NCBI GenBank assembly: GCA_030747695.1
Contig: JASLKG010000004.1
Span: 6,534-70,533, forward strand
Direction of reading: 5' to 3'
DNA from: Candidatus Poseidoniaceae archaeon
Lineage (GTDB): Archaea; Thermoplasmatota; Poseidoniia; Poseidoniales; Poseidoniaceae
DNA length: 64,000 nucleotides
A program made the translations under genes and the position numbers. Positions 54,401 through 63,191 of the stretch are shown here, one piece after another; the stretch's first letter is position 1; each line of letters begins with the position of its first letter. The notes below the pieces were generated by a model. That model had not been told where the DNA came from. It saw nothing but the letters and a program-made list of their open reading frames with translations, and did not search any database.

Positions 54401-56744
54401 TAATTTCTGCCTTTGCCTCTTTCATTAGAAGTGAATCTTCGATAGACCTATGTTTCTGTAAAAGCGAATCGGCTCGCTGTTGGAACTGTTGTGGACTCAC
54501 CTCTTCAGCACCGATTCTTTTTGGTATTATCATCGATCTTCCTGCTACTTCTCTGAAGCGTTTTGCAAAAATTTGTGTATTTACTATATATCTCTCGATT
54601 ACCTCAATATGGTTATTGGATTTGAAAGCATCATACATTTCGCCAGGATCTATCTCTTGACTTGTTTTTATGAGTAGTGCGTTTTCGTCAAATGACAATT
54701 CCAAAACAGCAATACCTCCTTGTTCAGCTAGTCCAGCCATAAAGTATCCAAGTGCTGTATTGAACCCTCTCCCTCGACATGAAGTTATGAGGTAAGTCGG
54801 CATTCCTCCACTAACTATTTGTTCTACAATCAGCCTGTTAGGCTCAGGAACCTGAAAAGAATCTAATGTGTGCTCCTCTAAGTGTCTGGATATTGTATTT
54901 GCAACTATTTCAGAAAGACCATATGCATTCTTTAACAAAGGCCTTGGATCCATTTTTCTACGCAAAGCATTTGCACAGTTACCTATTAGATTTAGAAGAG
55001 CTTCAGATAATTCTGCTGAACGGCTTCTTGCCTCACCAGCCCAGGAGGGAATTGTAGGCCTATATCCTGTAGCAGTGGCCACATTTACTCTTGTCCCTTG
55101 AATATTTGTCACCCTATATGTCGAGCCACCTAGAAGTATTACGTCCCCTCCTCTTAAGTTAGAAACAAATGAAGAGGATAATTGGCCTAAGATACTGCCT
55201 TCGGCATTGAATACTAGGTAGGAGTTATCGGGTGCTATAGTTCCAATATTTGTATAGTATATCATTCTTGAATAACCACGTTTACCGTATAGATTTTCTT
55301 CCCAATCTATCCAGACGCGCCTTTCATCATCTAACATATCGAGAACCTCAATAAAATCATCATATTCTAAATTTCTATATGACCATGTACTTTTGACGAT
55401 TTCAAAAGCCTCATCCATATCTCTATCGTTTATAATCACTAATCCAATTAGAAATTGTGCTAAAACATCAAGACAATTTTGTGGAAAATCTAATTTGTCC
55501 ATATCACCAGTTTGAATAGCTGCTTGTAATGCAGCAAGTTCGATTAAATCATCGATATTTGAGGGGAGAAAACGCGCACGTGGAATACCACCAACATGGT
55601 GGCCAGCTCGCCCTATTCGTTGCAATGCAGTTGCAATGTCTCCCGGCGAACCTACTTGTATGACTAAATCAACTGAACCAATATCTATGCCCATCTCGAG
55701 TGAAGACGAAGTCACTACTGCCCTTAGGTGCCCCTGCTTCAATTTCCTTTCAACATCATGCCGTATACTCTTATCCATCGAACCATGATGCCCCGCTACC
55801 AATTCACCCATGTAAGGCTTCAACCTTTGAACTAATGTTTCAGTCATTTTTCTTGTGTTTGCGAATACAAGAGTAGTGTTGTGTGCACTAATCAAGTCAG
55901 CAATTATTTCCACATTCTTTTCTAGAACTTTAATTACAGATAGTTCGCTAAATTTGTTTGAACACAACGTTATGTCAAGATCTAATTCTCTAGCTCCACT
56001 AACTTTGGCTATTTTCACTTGCTGCGCACTATCACGACTCTCTCTATCATCACTAGCAACGAGATACTCTGCAACCTTCTCTAATGGCTCCATTGTAGCA
56101 GAAATTCCTATGCGTTGTACTGGTCGCATCAATATTGTATCTAGTAGCGAAATTGTAAGCGCTAGATGTACTCCCCTTTTTGTTGGTACAAGAGAGTGCA
56201 TTTCATCAATTATTATCCACTCTACATTAGAAACGATTGGTTGAAATCTTGGAGAAGAGATGGCTATTGCCATACTTTCAGGGGTAGTAATCAGTATATG
56301 AGGTGGTTTTCTTAGCATTTTTTGTCTTTCAGATTGTGGTGTGTCTCCCGTCCTCAAACCAACTCTAATTTTTCCTTGTGCACGATCAGGTAGAAATTTT
56401 TCTTCAATTTCTGCCAATGGACCTAATAGATTCTTTTGGATGTCATTGGCTAGAGCCTTTATTGGAGAAATATATAGGCAGTACACACGTTCTTCTAGTG
56501 TATTGTCTAATGTATGTCTAATTAGTTTGTCAATTATACTCAAGAATGCAGTCAGCGTTTTACCTGACCCAGTAGGAGAACATAATAGTAGATGATCGCC
56601 ATTTACTATTGATGGAATCGCCAATTTCTGGGGTCGAGTAAAGTCAGGAAATTTTTCCGCAAACCAATTACGAACTGGCTGACATAAAGTTTCCAATAAC
56701 TCCTCTGTTTCCATTGGAGTCTCTAAGTATGTTATCTCTGCCAA
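51459..56744 (-). CDS. lhr: Long-form Lhr-type DExH helicase (1761 aa) with a C-terminal AlkZ/YcaQ-like winged-helix region
   Basis: TRPQKLAIP (Q motif), SPTGSGKT, IIDEMH (DExH), ISATM and QRIGRAGH, followed by an Lhr-type accessory region. The C-terminal part contains VLPPSDPIAPYF..FGFGSAYLVF. The start is TTG at 56744; the first ATG is at 56714. Confidence 0.9.
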   Translation of the reverse strand: MAEITYLETPMETEELLETLCQPVRNWFAEKFPDFTRPQKLAIPSIVNGDHLLLCSPTGSGKTLTAFLSIIDKLIRHTLDNTLEERVYCLYISPIKALANDIQKNLLGPLAEIEEKFLPDRAQGKIRVGLRTGDTPQSERQKMLRKPPHILITTPESMAIAISSPRFQPIVSNVEWIIIDEMHSLVPTKRGVHLALTISLLDTILMRPVQRIGISATMEPLEKVAEYLVASDDRESRDSAQQVKIAKVSGARELDLDITLCSNKFSELSVIKVLEKNVEIIADLISAHNTTLVFANTRKMTETLVQRLKPYMGELVAGHHGSMDKSIRHDVERKLKQGHLRAVVTSSSLEMGIDIGSVDLVIQVGSPGDIATALQRIGRAGHHVGGIPRARFLPSNIDDLIELAALQAAIQTGDMDKLDFPQNCLDVLAQFLIGLVIINDRDMDEAFEIVKSTWSYRNLEYDDFIEVLDMLDDERRVWIDWEENLYGKRGYSRMIYYTNIGTIAPDNSYLVFNAEGSILGQLSSSFVSNLRGGDVILLGGSTYRVTNIQGTRVNVATATGYRPTIPSWAGEARSRSAELSEALLNLIGNCANALRRKMDPRPLLKNAYGLSEIVANTISRHLEEHTLDSFQVPEPNRLIVEQIVSGGMPTYLITSCRGRGFNTALGYFMAGLAEQGGIAVLELSFDENALLIKTSQEIDPGEMYDAFKSNNHIEVIERYIVNTQIFAKRFREVAGRSMIIPKRIGAEEVSPQQFQQRADSLLQKHRSIEDSLLMKEAKAEIMFADIDLTGLTEFLQATKESDVRIVHTKVPVPSKLGMSLYMSTFEDLLSMKTRAFLVKDIDPEILRRLLGSRSLATELTEEQLRDYYAGKVPKPFDPDSLLHLMAKGGGLDRNWENPLYALKLEGTGHDEIKLWIEDLASRGLVTKLRSTGMKELNDKWFSSYMAEIHGTLGCISVAGGKNLEDVRDLYTQGLTYEIAVEFDGSKPTKWEERKISDPHEALRVKIIEMLGSEGPATGDTIYERLPFPQKQIDSILHELEVRNVISVGFYTQTDDAEFILKVDEHKITGGEDDVVEYRWVQHLVMEKSFQEYTDGFAAFNQHILFQKQQEMLYRVKDFRYADWKDLQLDSDVMMGRLLHNRIGYTTVNNLPMLLGLKPEPWLGEMEKLLLEKIHKGENLTRQEWLIDFPKGEDHKSLQRDLKNAISNLERQLCVVKQFEDVVGRRRRLSLFHRVLDVYQPLSFEESLVKVIKRMGPVKAFTLRYYVSRSVEELAAALHNLEKEGKISKVMALVPDPEAFYMIPEEVKLLNSPRREDRTLRILTQSDPYVSRFIWEVRSVLDRGWYLPVFKGVDPIGKVLMFKVNDYLEIKDMHIPYAYLDEFCGAFERLLDNHSDQLVDVAVLSQFNGEPVTEIDQNTRNALEKIGFKLAGERMIRGGIVDPQPREIAERALFHRHNLHQSSRLGSEIDALESVQEVRDDFGLRGRAEVYRVALKNMASAHRLHQGINLRGHQVWASYDHFSTLLAIRGQEPDEELIDVIEFFENNSDPNLFMERHAMKRAAFRKLIQPLLRSGHMVQDYRGGFRSVFPRKGMDPVLLRKEYLRRMVSDYPVITLKQFTKLAGTPFKPEELKAILTDFEEDGTLIKGFLVQDLHEVCWGRKTMLDEAKNVPPIRDFVLPPSDPIAPYFSDVLKQKFGFGSAYLVFRNAEPVAAFKANTRDKIIEVTEYEGAEKGWRVVKEFAWEHQMPLKTELRIGGKKMN

Positions 56745-56927
56745 GATTTTTCACTACTCGCGTGGTTGCATAGCGTACATGAGGAGTTGATGAACATTGT
56801 CCCTAGAATTACATCACAGTCTTGGAATATCTACTTGCAATTTCATGTCACTAAGAGATATATCTTAACAAAACCACATATTGCATGCTATTTGCATAGG
56901 TTTCCTCATGTACCACTTGTTTCACGG

Positions 56928-58604
56928 ATGGTCATGGAGCAGTTCTCAACTGAGCGTCTAACCCGTCTTTCAGGTATGCTCAAACGTAGAGGGATTATTC
57001 TTCCAGCATTTGAAATTCATGGAGGTTCTGCTGGACTTTATGATTTTGGACCTGTTGGAGGGAGGTTGCGGTCGAAAGTTATTGGTGCATGGTTAAATCA
57101 TTGGCTCAGCCTAGGTAATATAGTTGAAATTTCATGCCCGACTGTAACACCATATTCTGTTCTTGAAGCAAGCGGTCACGTTGGCGAATTTAGTGATTTT
57201 TTGACGGAATGTAGTGGATGTGGCGAAGCTAGTAGGGCAGACCATTTGATTGAGGACGACTATCCCAATTCAGATTCAATGACACGTGATCAATTATCAA
57301 AAATTATTGATGAAAAAAATCCTACTTGCCCCTCCTGTGGAAAATCAGATTGGGGTGAAATTAAAGCTCAAAATCTAATGTTTAACACTACAATAGGTGC
57401 AGGAAAATCTGGACGCCAGGGGTTCTTGAGGCCTGAAACTGCCCAGGGGATGTTTACTTCATTCCCCGCAATCTATAGGCACTTCAGAGAGCGTTTACCC
57501 TTTGGAGCAGTACAAACAGGAAAAGGATATCGAAATGAAATTTCACCACGCCAGGGAATGATTAGGCTAAGAGAATTCAATATGGCAGAACTTGAATATT
57601 TTATCGATCCTGAAGATGAGATTAAACATGATTTTAGTTCTTGGAAAAATTCTGTTATGTTAATTGCAGATGGAAGGGGAGAGCTTGAAATGACACTTGG
57701 AAAAGCTGTATCCGAAGGTGTAATTCGCCATCCTACAGTTGGATATTTCATGGGCTGGACTATGGATTTCTTACTAAGTATTGGCATTAATCCAAAGTGG
57801 ATGAGATTTAGGCAACATGAAACTGATGAAATGGCGCATTATGCCCAGGATTGCTGGGATGTAGAACTCTTTGGCTCTTATGGATGGGTTGAATGTGTTG
57901 GAATTGCTCATAGAGGCTGTTATGATTTGTCGGCGCATGAAAAATCAACTGGGCAAAGATTGCGTGCTTGGAGAACCTATTCTGAGCCAAAGATCGAAGA
58001 AGTTGATAGATGGACAACAGATGGATCAATAGCTGGGCCAGCTTTTAGAGAGTTAGCTGGCAAAGTAAAGCAGGCTGTTGAACTTCTCGATAAGGATACT
58101 AGTTTCCCAGTTAATTTATCAGTCGAAGGTAGAGAAATACAAGTATTATCTGAACATGTAAAGCGTCTTCAAAGGACGGAAAATGTAGCTGGAGAGTGGT
58201 ATATTCCACACGTAGTAGAGCCAGCATTTGGTATAGATCGCATAATTTGGCATCTCATTGATCATTCCTTTATGGAAACAGAAAAATCAGGTGAAAATTA
58301 CAATATTTTGGGATTTAAACCTACAGTTTCTCCTGTTGATGTAGCAGTATTACCGCTATTTGAGAAGGATGGAATGAAAGAATTAGCTGAAAATATTCAT
58401 CGTAATTTATGCAGTCGTAAGGATATATTCTCGATTTATGATGGGAGTGGTTCAATTGGCAGGAGATATGCACGGGCAGATGAAATTGGTGTGCCGTGGT
58501 GCATAACAGTTGACCATGAATCACTAGTAGACGGTATGGTTACCATTCGGGAAAGAGATACAGGTAATCAAAAACGTATCAAATATGAAGATATTGATTT
58601 TTGA
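56928..58604 (+). CDS. glyS: Glycyl-tRNA synthetase (archaeal/eukaryotic alpha2 type)
   Basis: RGIILPAFEIHGGSAGLYDFGPVG, FLRPETAQGMF, GKGYRNEISPR, FNMAELEYF and VVEPAFGIDR. A zinc-ribbon insert reads CSGCG..CPSCG. The track start 56766 (TTG) adds a non-homologous 54-aa leader and was trimmed. Confidence 0.9.
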   Translation: MVMEQFSTERLTRLSGMLKRRGIILPAFEIHGGSAGLYDFGPVGGRLRSKVIGAWLNHWLSLGNIVEISCPTVTPYSVLEASGHVGEFSDFLTECSGCGEASRADHLIEDDYPNSDSMTRDQLSKIIDEKNPTCPSCGKSDWGEIKAQNLMFNTTIGAGKSGRQGFLRPETAQGMFTSFPAIYRHFRERLPFGAVQTGKGYRNEISPRQGMIRLREFNMAELEYFIDPEDEIKHDFSSWKNSVMLIADGRGELEMTLGKAVSEGVIRHPTVGYFMGWTMDFLLSIGINPKWMRFRQHETDEMAHYAQDCWDVELFGSYGWVECVGIAHRGCYDLSAHEKSTGQRLRAWRTYSEPKIEEVDRWTTDGSIAGPAFRELAGKVKQAVELLDKDTSFPVNLSVEGREIQVLSEHVKRLQRTENVAGEWYIPHVVEPAFGIDRIIWHLIDHSFMETEKSGENYNILGFKPTVSPVDVAVLPLFEKDGMKELAENIHRNLCSRKDIFSIYDGSGSIGRRYARADEIGVPWCITVDHESLVDGMVTIRERDTGNQKRIKYEDIDF

Positions 58605-58645
58605 CATTCCGAAGGTTCAAGGAGTCGCCAGCGATACAAGTTGTT

Positions 58646-60145
58646 ATGGCGATAAGTGATTGGACTGAACGCCATCGCCCATCCAATGAAAGATCTTTAG
58701 AAGGTAATGAAGATAAAAGAAAGGTAATTCGTGCATGGCTAGAAGAATGGAAAGTCGGTAAGCCAACTAAACCTGGAATTTTATTAATTGGTCCTCCTGG
58801 AGTTGGAAAGACTACCGTCGCAAGAGCAGTTGCTAAAGATATGGGTTGGAATGTGATTGAATTAAATGCATCAGATGCAAGAAACGCTGCAGCAATAAGG
58901 AAAGCAGCTACTCATGCAGCAACACATGGCTCTTTATTCCAAAATCCCGGTGAAACTCCGCCGAAAACATTGATTCTACTAGATGAGGTGGACCATCTTT
59001 CTGGCGGATTACGCTCAGTCAACCAAGACCGCGTTAAGTCAATTGTAATGGGCGATCAGAATAGCACAGTAAAAGAATTCAAAGGAGATAGTGGAGGTAA
59101 GGCTGAATTACTTAACTTGTTGAAATCAACAAAACAACCAGTTATATTGGCTTGCAATGAAGAAATGGGGCTTTGGGGAAGGACTTCTTCGAGATGGCGA
59201 GATACACGAGATAGGTTTACGAAATATGTCAAGCCGATTAGATTTGGAAGAGTATCTACAGAGGCCTTGCGACGTATAACTTTGAGAGTTCTGAAGGAAG
59301 AGGGTTTCACTGCTGATCCGGGTGCAATTGATTTATTGGTAGAAAATAATCCAGGTGATTTACGAGCACTTGTGCGGGATTTACAGGTAATGTGTAGTAT
59401 ATGTGATGGTAATATCGATCGTGAACTAGTCATAGATACAATTGATGTTGGAACTAGGGATCAATCAATTGACATATTCCCCGGCCTTGGAGAGTTGTAT
59501 AAATCTAGAACCGCTGAAAAGGCAAGATCTACTGGTATGAAACTCGACAAGAGCCCCGATGAAATGGTTGCATGGATCTCATGGAATAATGTGAATGTCA
59601 TGACAGAATATAACTCAGTAAGAAGAGGTTCCAAAGCACTTTCATTAGCGGATAATTTACTGACTAGCAAATATAGAAATACGGCACATAGGTCATGGTA
59701 TTGGGGTTCAAATCTATCTACTCTGGGAGCCAGTGTTGTTTCAGATAAACCTCTTGAGGGTAAGGTTTTCTGCTCCCGCCCCTCATTTTTGGGATTTGGT
59801 TCAGCATGGAGGCGTAAATCAATTATTGAACGCTTGGCGTCAACATGTGGTAGCTCTAAGAAAACAGTTCGGGAAGAATTATTACCATCATTACTTTCAA
59901 TAATGGACGATAATGGTGAAGATTTCACTATTTCACTTTCCCTCGGACTATCACCAGAAGAACATGCAGCAATTTCTGGACTAAAAATTAGCCACAGATC
60001 AACCAAAGATTTACTTGAGAGATATTCAAATAAATTAGAAGATTTAGCTGATAATTTAGCAGTTAACGATGAGGATGTGGAAATAAATACTGAAATAGAA
60101 ACGGAAGAAGTTGCGGATAGTTCCAATCAAATGAAATTATTCTGA
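58646..60145 (+). CDS. rfcL: Replication factor C large subunit
   Basis: WTERHRP, ILLIGPPGVGKTTVARAVA, NASDARN, LLDEVD and an acidic C-terminal tail. The start is placed at ATG 58646. Confidence 0.85.
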   Translation: MAISDWTERHRPSNERSLEGNEDKRKVIRAWLEEWKVGKPTKPGILLIGPPGVGKTTVARAVAKDMGWNVIELNASDARNAAAIRKAATHAATHGSLFQNPGETPPKTLILLDEVDHLSGGLRSVNQDRVKSIVMGDQNSTVKEFKGDSGGKAELLNLLKSTKQPVILACNEEMGLWGRTSSRWRDTRDRFTKYVKPIRFGRVSTEALRRITLRVLKEEGFTADPGAIDLLVENNPGDLRALVRDLQVMCSICDGNIDRELVIDTIDVGTRDQSIDIFPGLGELYKSRTAEKARSTGMKLDKSPDEMVAWISWNNVNVMTEYNSVRRGSKALSLADNLLTSKYRNTAHRSWYWGSNLSTLGASVVSDKPLEGKVFCSRPSFLGFGSAWRRKSIIERLASTCGSSKKTVREELLPSLLSIMDDNGEDFTISLSLGLSPEEHAAISGLKISHRSTKDLLERYSNKLEDLADNLAVNDEDVEINTEIETEEVADSSNQMKLF

Positions 60146-61804
60146 CTATTTTTTCTTTTCTTCCATTTTTTCGAACAAATCGCGCATCAGTTTAACAGAA
60201 GCCCTATCTGGTGCATCTCTTTCCTCTTTCGCCCATGTTCTAGGATGAATTAGTAACAGAGCAGTCATAAGTTCGAGACGGCCAAACCACATTAGAATAG
60301 TTGTAATGATTAGAGATGGACTCCCCATTGAAGCCCAAGTATTCGAGGGGCCATAATCACCGATAGTTGGCCCAGTGTTACCTAGAGAAGAGGCAACTAC
60401 TGCTACGACAGACTCAAAGTCTGAGTTTGGCATTGTAATGGCTAGAATTATACATGAAATTATGAAAAGACCAGTCCAAACGAACAACATACCAACAATT
60501 AAGCTAAGCCGATCGCCCTCAACTACCTCTTCATTTAGACGTATTCTTGATATTTTTCTAGGCTGTGATATCCTTCCAAGTTCACGCCAAGCAATCTTAA
60601 AGGCGAGTGTTAATCTCATGACCTTTAAGCCACCAGCAGTTGAACCTGCACACCCCCCTACTATCATTAAGACAAATAGTAAGACATGAGTTATTACCGG
60701 CCACGTCATATAATCGGTAGTAGTGTAACCTGTTGAAGTCCCTATTGATATTGTTTGAAATAACGATTGTCTAATACCATCAGATGTATTGATCCCACTG
60801 AACATTAACGCTGCGAAGATTATTAATGCAAATAAAATGATCAAGAATGTGTAATTTCTTGCCTCTTCATCTTTAAAGATCTTCTTCCAACGACCTTCCC
60901 AACCAAACCAAATCAATGTGAAATTTATCCCCGCGATAAACATAAATGCCATAATTATGAATTCTATAGTAGCACTATCATAGTACCCTATAGAAGCATC
61001 ATGTGTAGAGTAACCTCCTGATGGCATTGTTGTCAGACCATGATTAAATGCATCAAATGTAGTCATCCCGCCGACGAATTTCAGAAGCACAATTTCAAGT
61101 AATGTTAGTACAATGTATATCGCCCAAAGCGTAAGAGCTGTTTGTTGCAACCTAGGCCTCAAACGTGACAATGAAGGTCCTGTAAGTTCCGCTCTTGCAA
61201 GTGCCATTCCTCCGCCGAGGACTCGTGATAAAAGCATTAATCCGAGCATAATTATACCCATGCCGCCAAGCCATTGAGTTAATGACCTCCATAGTAGAAT
61301 TCCTTTTGGTTGGTTGTTGATACAGTCTAACTCCCCTGGGATACAGTTCGGACTCATTCTAGGCTCGATGACTGTCGCACCAGTTGTGGTGAAACCACTC
61401 ATCGATTCAAACCATGAATTAACGAAACCACGTGCAATATCTATCATTGCCGCCTGATCTGTAAATGGGCCATTAAACACTCCTCCAAGCCAAAATGGAA
61501 ATGCGCCAACTAGAACCGCGACAGGCCAAGCCAATGCTACTGCGGCAAAAGCCTCTCTATCTCGTAACCTTTCAGTAGTATCCGATCTAACAAATAATGT
61601 CAGCATACCTATGCCGATAAATCCTGAAAATATTATTGGTAGAAGAAACGCTTGTGATGCAATTGAGAATCCATCTAACCACCACGTAATTAGGAAACTG
61701 AATATCAAGGGTACTATCATTGCCAGCATAGTCCACCCGACTATAAGGGAGAGAACATCACGCCGCATTAATTGATCACACCTTGAATTTCTTTTCGATG
61801 TCAT
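60146..61804 (-). CDS. trkH: Trk-type potassium uptake membrane subunit TrkH
   Basis: Polytopic protein with repeated pore-loop-like SGFTTTGAT, GGYSTHD, GTSTGYTT and LGNTGP. An alternative Met at 61768 would remove the overlap with trkA. Confidence 0.9.
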   Translation of the reverse strand: MTSKRNSRCDQLMRRDVLSLIVGWTMLAMIVPLIFSFLITWWLDGFSIASQAFLLPIIFSGFIGIGMLTLFVRSDTTERLRDREAFAAVALAWPVAVLVGAFPFWLGGVFNGPFTDQAAMIDIARGFVNSWFESMSGFTTTGATVIEPRMSPNCIPGELDCINNQPKGILLWRSLTQWLGGMGIIMLGLMLLSRVLGGGMALARAELTGPSLSRLRPRLQQTALTLWAIYIVLTLLEIVLLKFVGGMTTFDAFNHGLTTMPSGGYSTHDASIGYYDSATIEFIIMAFMFIAGINFTLIWFGWEGRWKKIFKDEEARNYTFLIILFALIIFAALMFSGINTSDGIRQSLFQTISIGTSTGYTTTDYMTWPVITHVLLFVLMIVGGCAGSTAGGLKVMRLTLAFKIAWRELGRISQPRKISRIRLNEEVVEGDRLSLIVGMLFVWTGLFIISCIILAITMPNSDFESVVAVVASSLGNTGPTIGDYGPSNTWASMGSPSLIITTILMWFGRLELMTALLLIHPRTWAKEERDAPDRASVKLMRDLFEKMEEKKK

Positions 61805-63191
61805 CTATTCTATCAGGAGGTAAGAAAATAGTCAATCTATCACCATCTAGAATAGTTTTGTTAGGTAAAGGTCTCATAGTCTCCCATTCATTATCTATAT
61901 TTTTTCTTTGGATAAACGCTGCTTTGCTCCAATCTGGTAGATTTACATCGGCTAGTGTTTTACCTTCGAATTTCAATTTTGAGGTTACTGGTAGATTTAT
62001 CCCAACAATATCACTTATCGTCGAAAGTACTGCATAAGGTCCAGGAATCTCAGAATGAATTTTTGATAATATCGAATCTACGGCTACACGCCTTCTGTCA
62101 ACAGAATAAGTAATTCCCATCCTTTTAACCACATTTGCTAGATCTGCATCATATAGAGTTAATCCAGTACGCTCGACACCCAAATCATTTGCAAGTAAAG
62201 CTGCTGCAATAGATTCATGATCATTTTCTAATGCAGCAATTGCAATATCATGCGATGAAATTTCAATTTCTTTTAGTAGGTCTTTGTCCAAGTGGTCACC
62301 ATGTATTATCTCACATGCTGATAAATTGCCAATATCTGAACCTGCAAGTGCATTTGCTTTTTGCAAATCTCTCTCAATTATTGTTACTTTAGCTCCACTG
62401 TTCAACCATGCTTTTGCCGATCGTATAGCAACTAAACCCCCTCCGAATATCGCAACATATGGGTTAGATGGGAAATCAGAGGTTTCATGTCCGAATATTC
62501 TCAAAATTCGATTAAAGGATGCTTTGCCAGCTGTCGCGATTGCGATTTTATCATCTGGAAGTAGTTGATCATCATAGGTAGGTACCTTTCCAGGAGTGCC
62601 GCTGCGTTTTAGGCCAACTATTGTTGGCATACCACCTTCAACACTTGATTCAGATTCCAATAAAGTTCTATGGACAACACTACTTGCTCCTGAATTAACC
62701 TTCAATTCAACAATATATGCATCCGCTTGAAATGGTATTACTTCATTTAATGAAGAGGATCTTAATCCAGACATTAATCTTTCAATCGCATCATCTACTG
62801 GATGTACAACATGATCAACACCTGCCCAAGAAGATAGTTTTCCCTCATTGTGTTCTTTTGTGAAATTATGATCTCTAACTCGACAAATTGTCATTAATTC
62901 GCCTTTACCGCCTGTTGCCTCCTTATACGCATGTTTGGCCAAGGCACAGGATAGGATATTTATTTCATCGGAATTAGTTGCTGCAACGTAGACTTGTGCA
63001 TCTTCAATTCCCGCTTCTTTGAATTTTTCTCTTTGGGTAATATTTCCGTGAATTACTAGGATGTCCATTCCTTGAGCATTTTTTACAGCTCTAGAATCAC
63101 TATCAACTAGTACTACATCTTTATCCTCCCTTCGTAAGGATTGTGCGAGTTCAACTCCAACTCTACCCCCACCTCCTATGATAATCCTCAT
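61776..63191 (-). CDS. trkA: Trk potassium uptake NAD-binding subunit TrkA (two RCK units)
   Basis: MRIIIGGGGRVG and a second VAIFGGGLVAI Rossmann motif, each followed by an RCK-C-like segment. Confidence 0.9.
   Translation of the reverse strand: MRIIIGGGGRVGVELAQSLRREDKDVVLVDSDSRAVKNAQGMDILVIHGNITQREKFKEAGIEDAQVYVAATNSDEINILSCALAKHAYKEATGGKGELMTICRVRDHNFTKEHNEGKLSSWAGVDHVVHPVDDAIERLMSGLRSSSLNEVIPFQADAYIVELKVNSGASSVVHRTLLESESSVEGGMPTIVGLKRSGTPGKVPTYDDQLLPDDKIAIATAGKASFNRILRIFGHETSDFPSNPYVAIFGGGLVAIRSAKAWLNSGAKVTIIERDLQKANALAGSDIGNLSACEIIHGDHLDKDLLKEIEISSHDIAIAALENDHESIAAALLANDLGVERTGLTLYDADLANVVKRMGITYSVDRRRVAVDSILSKIHSEIPGPYAVLSTISDIVGINLPVTSKLKFEGKTLADVNLPDWSKAAFIQRKNIDNEWETMRPLPNKTILDGDRLTIFLPPDRIDDIEKKFKV

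Noticed and set aside
51459-56744. Possibility that the extreme length of the Lhr gene is due to an intein.
   Set aside because: The helicase motifs I to VI are spaced normally, with no large insertion. The extra length is all C-terminal to the core.
56856-56865. Palindrome AGATATATCT in the lhr-glyS intergenic region as a regulatory site.
   Set aside because: It is short and AT-only in an AT-rich spacer. It is most simply a TATA-box-like element and cannot be distinguished from chance by eye.
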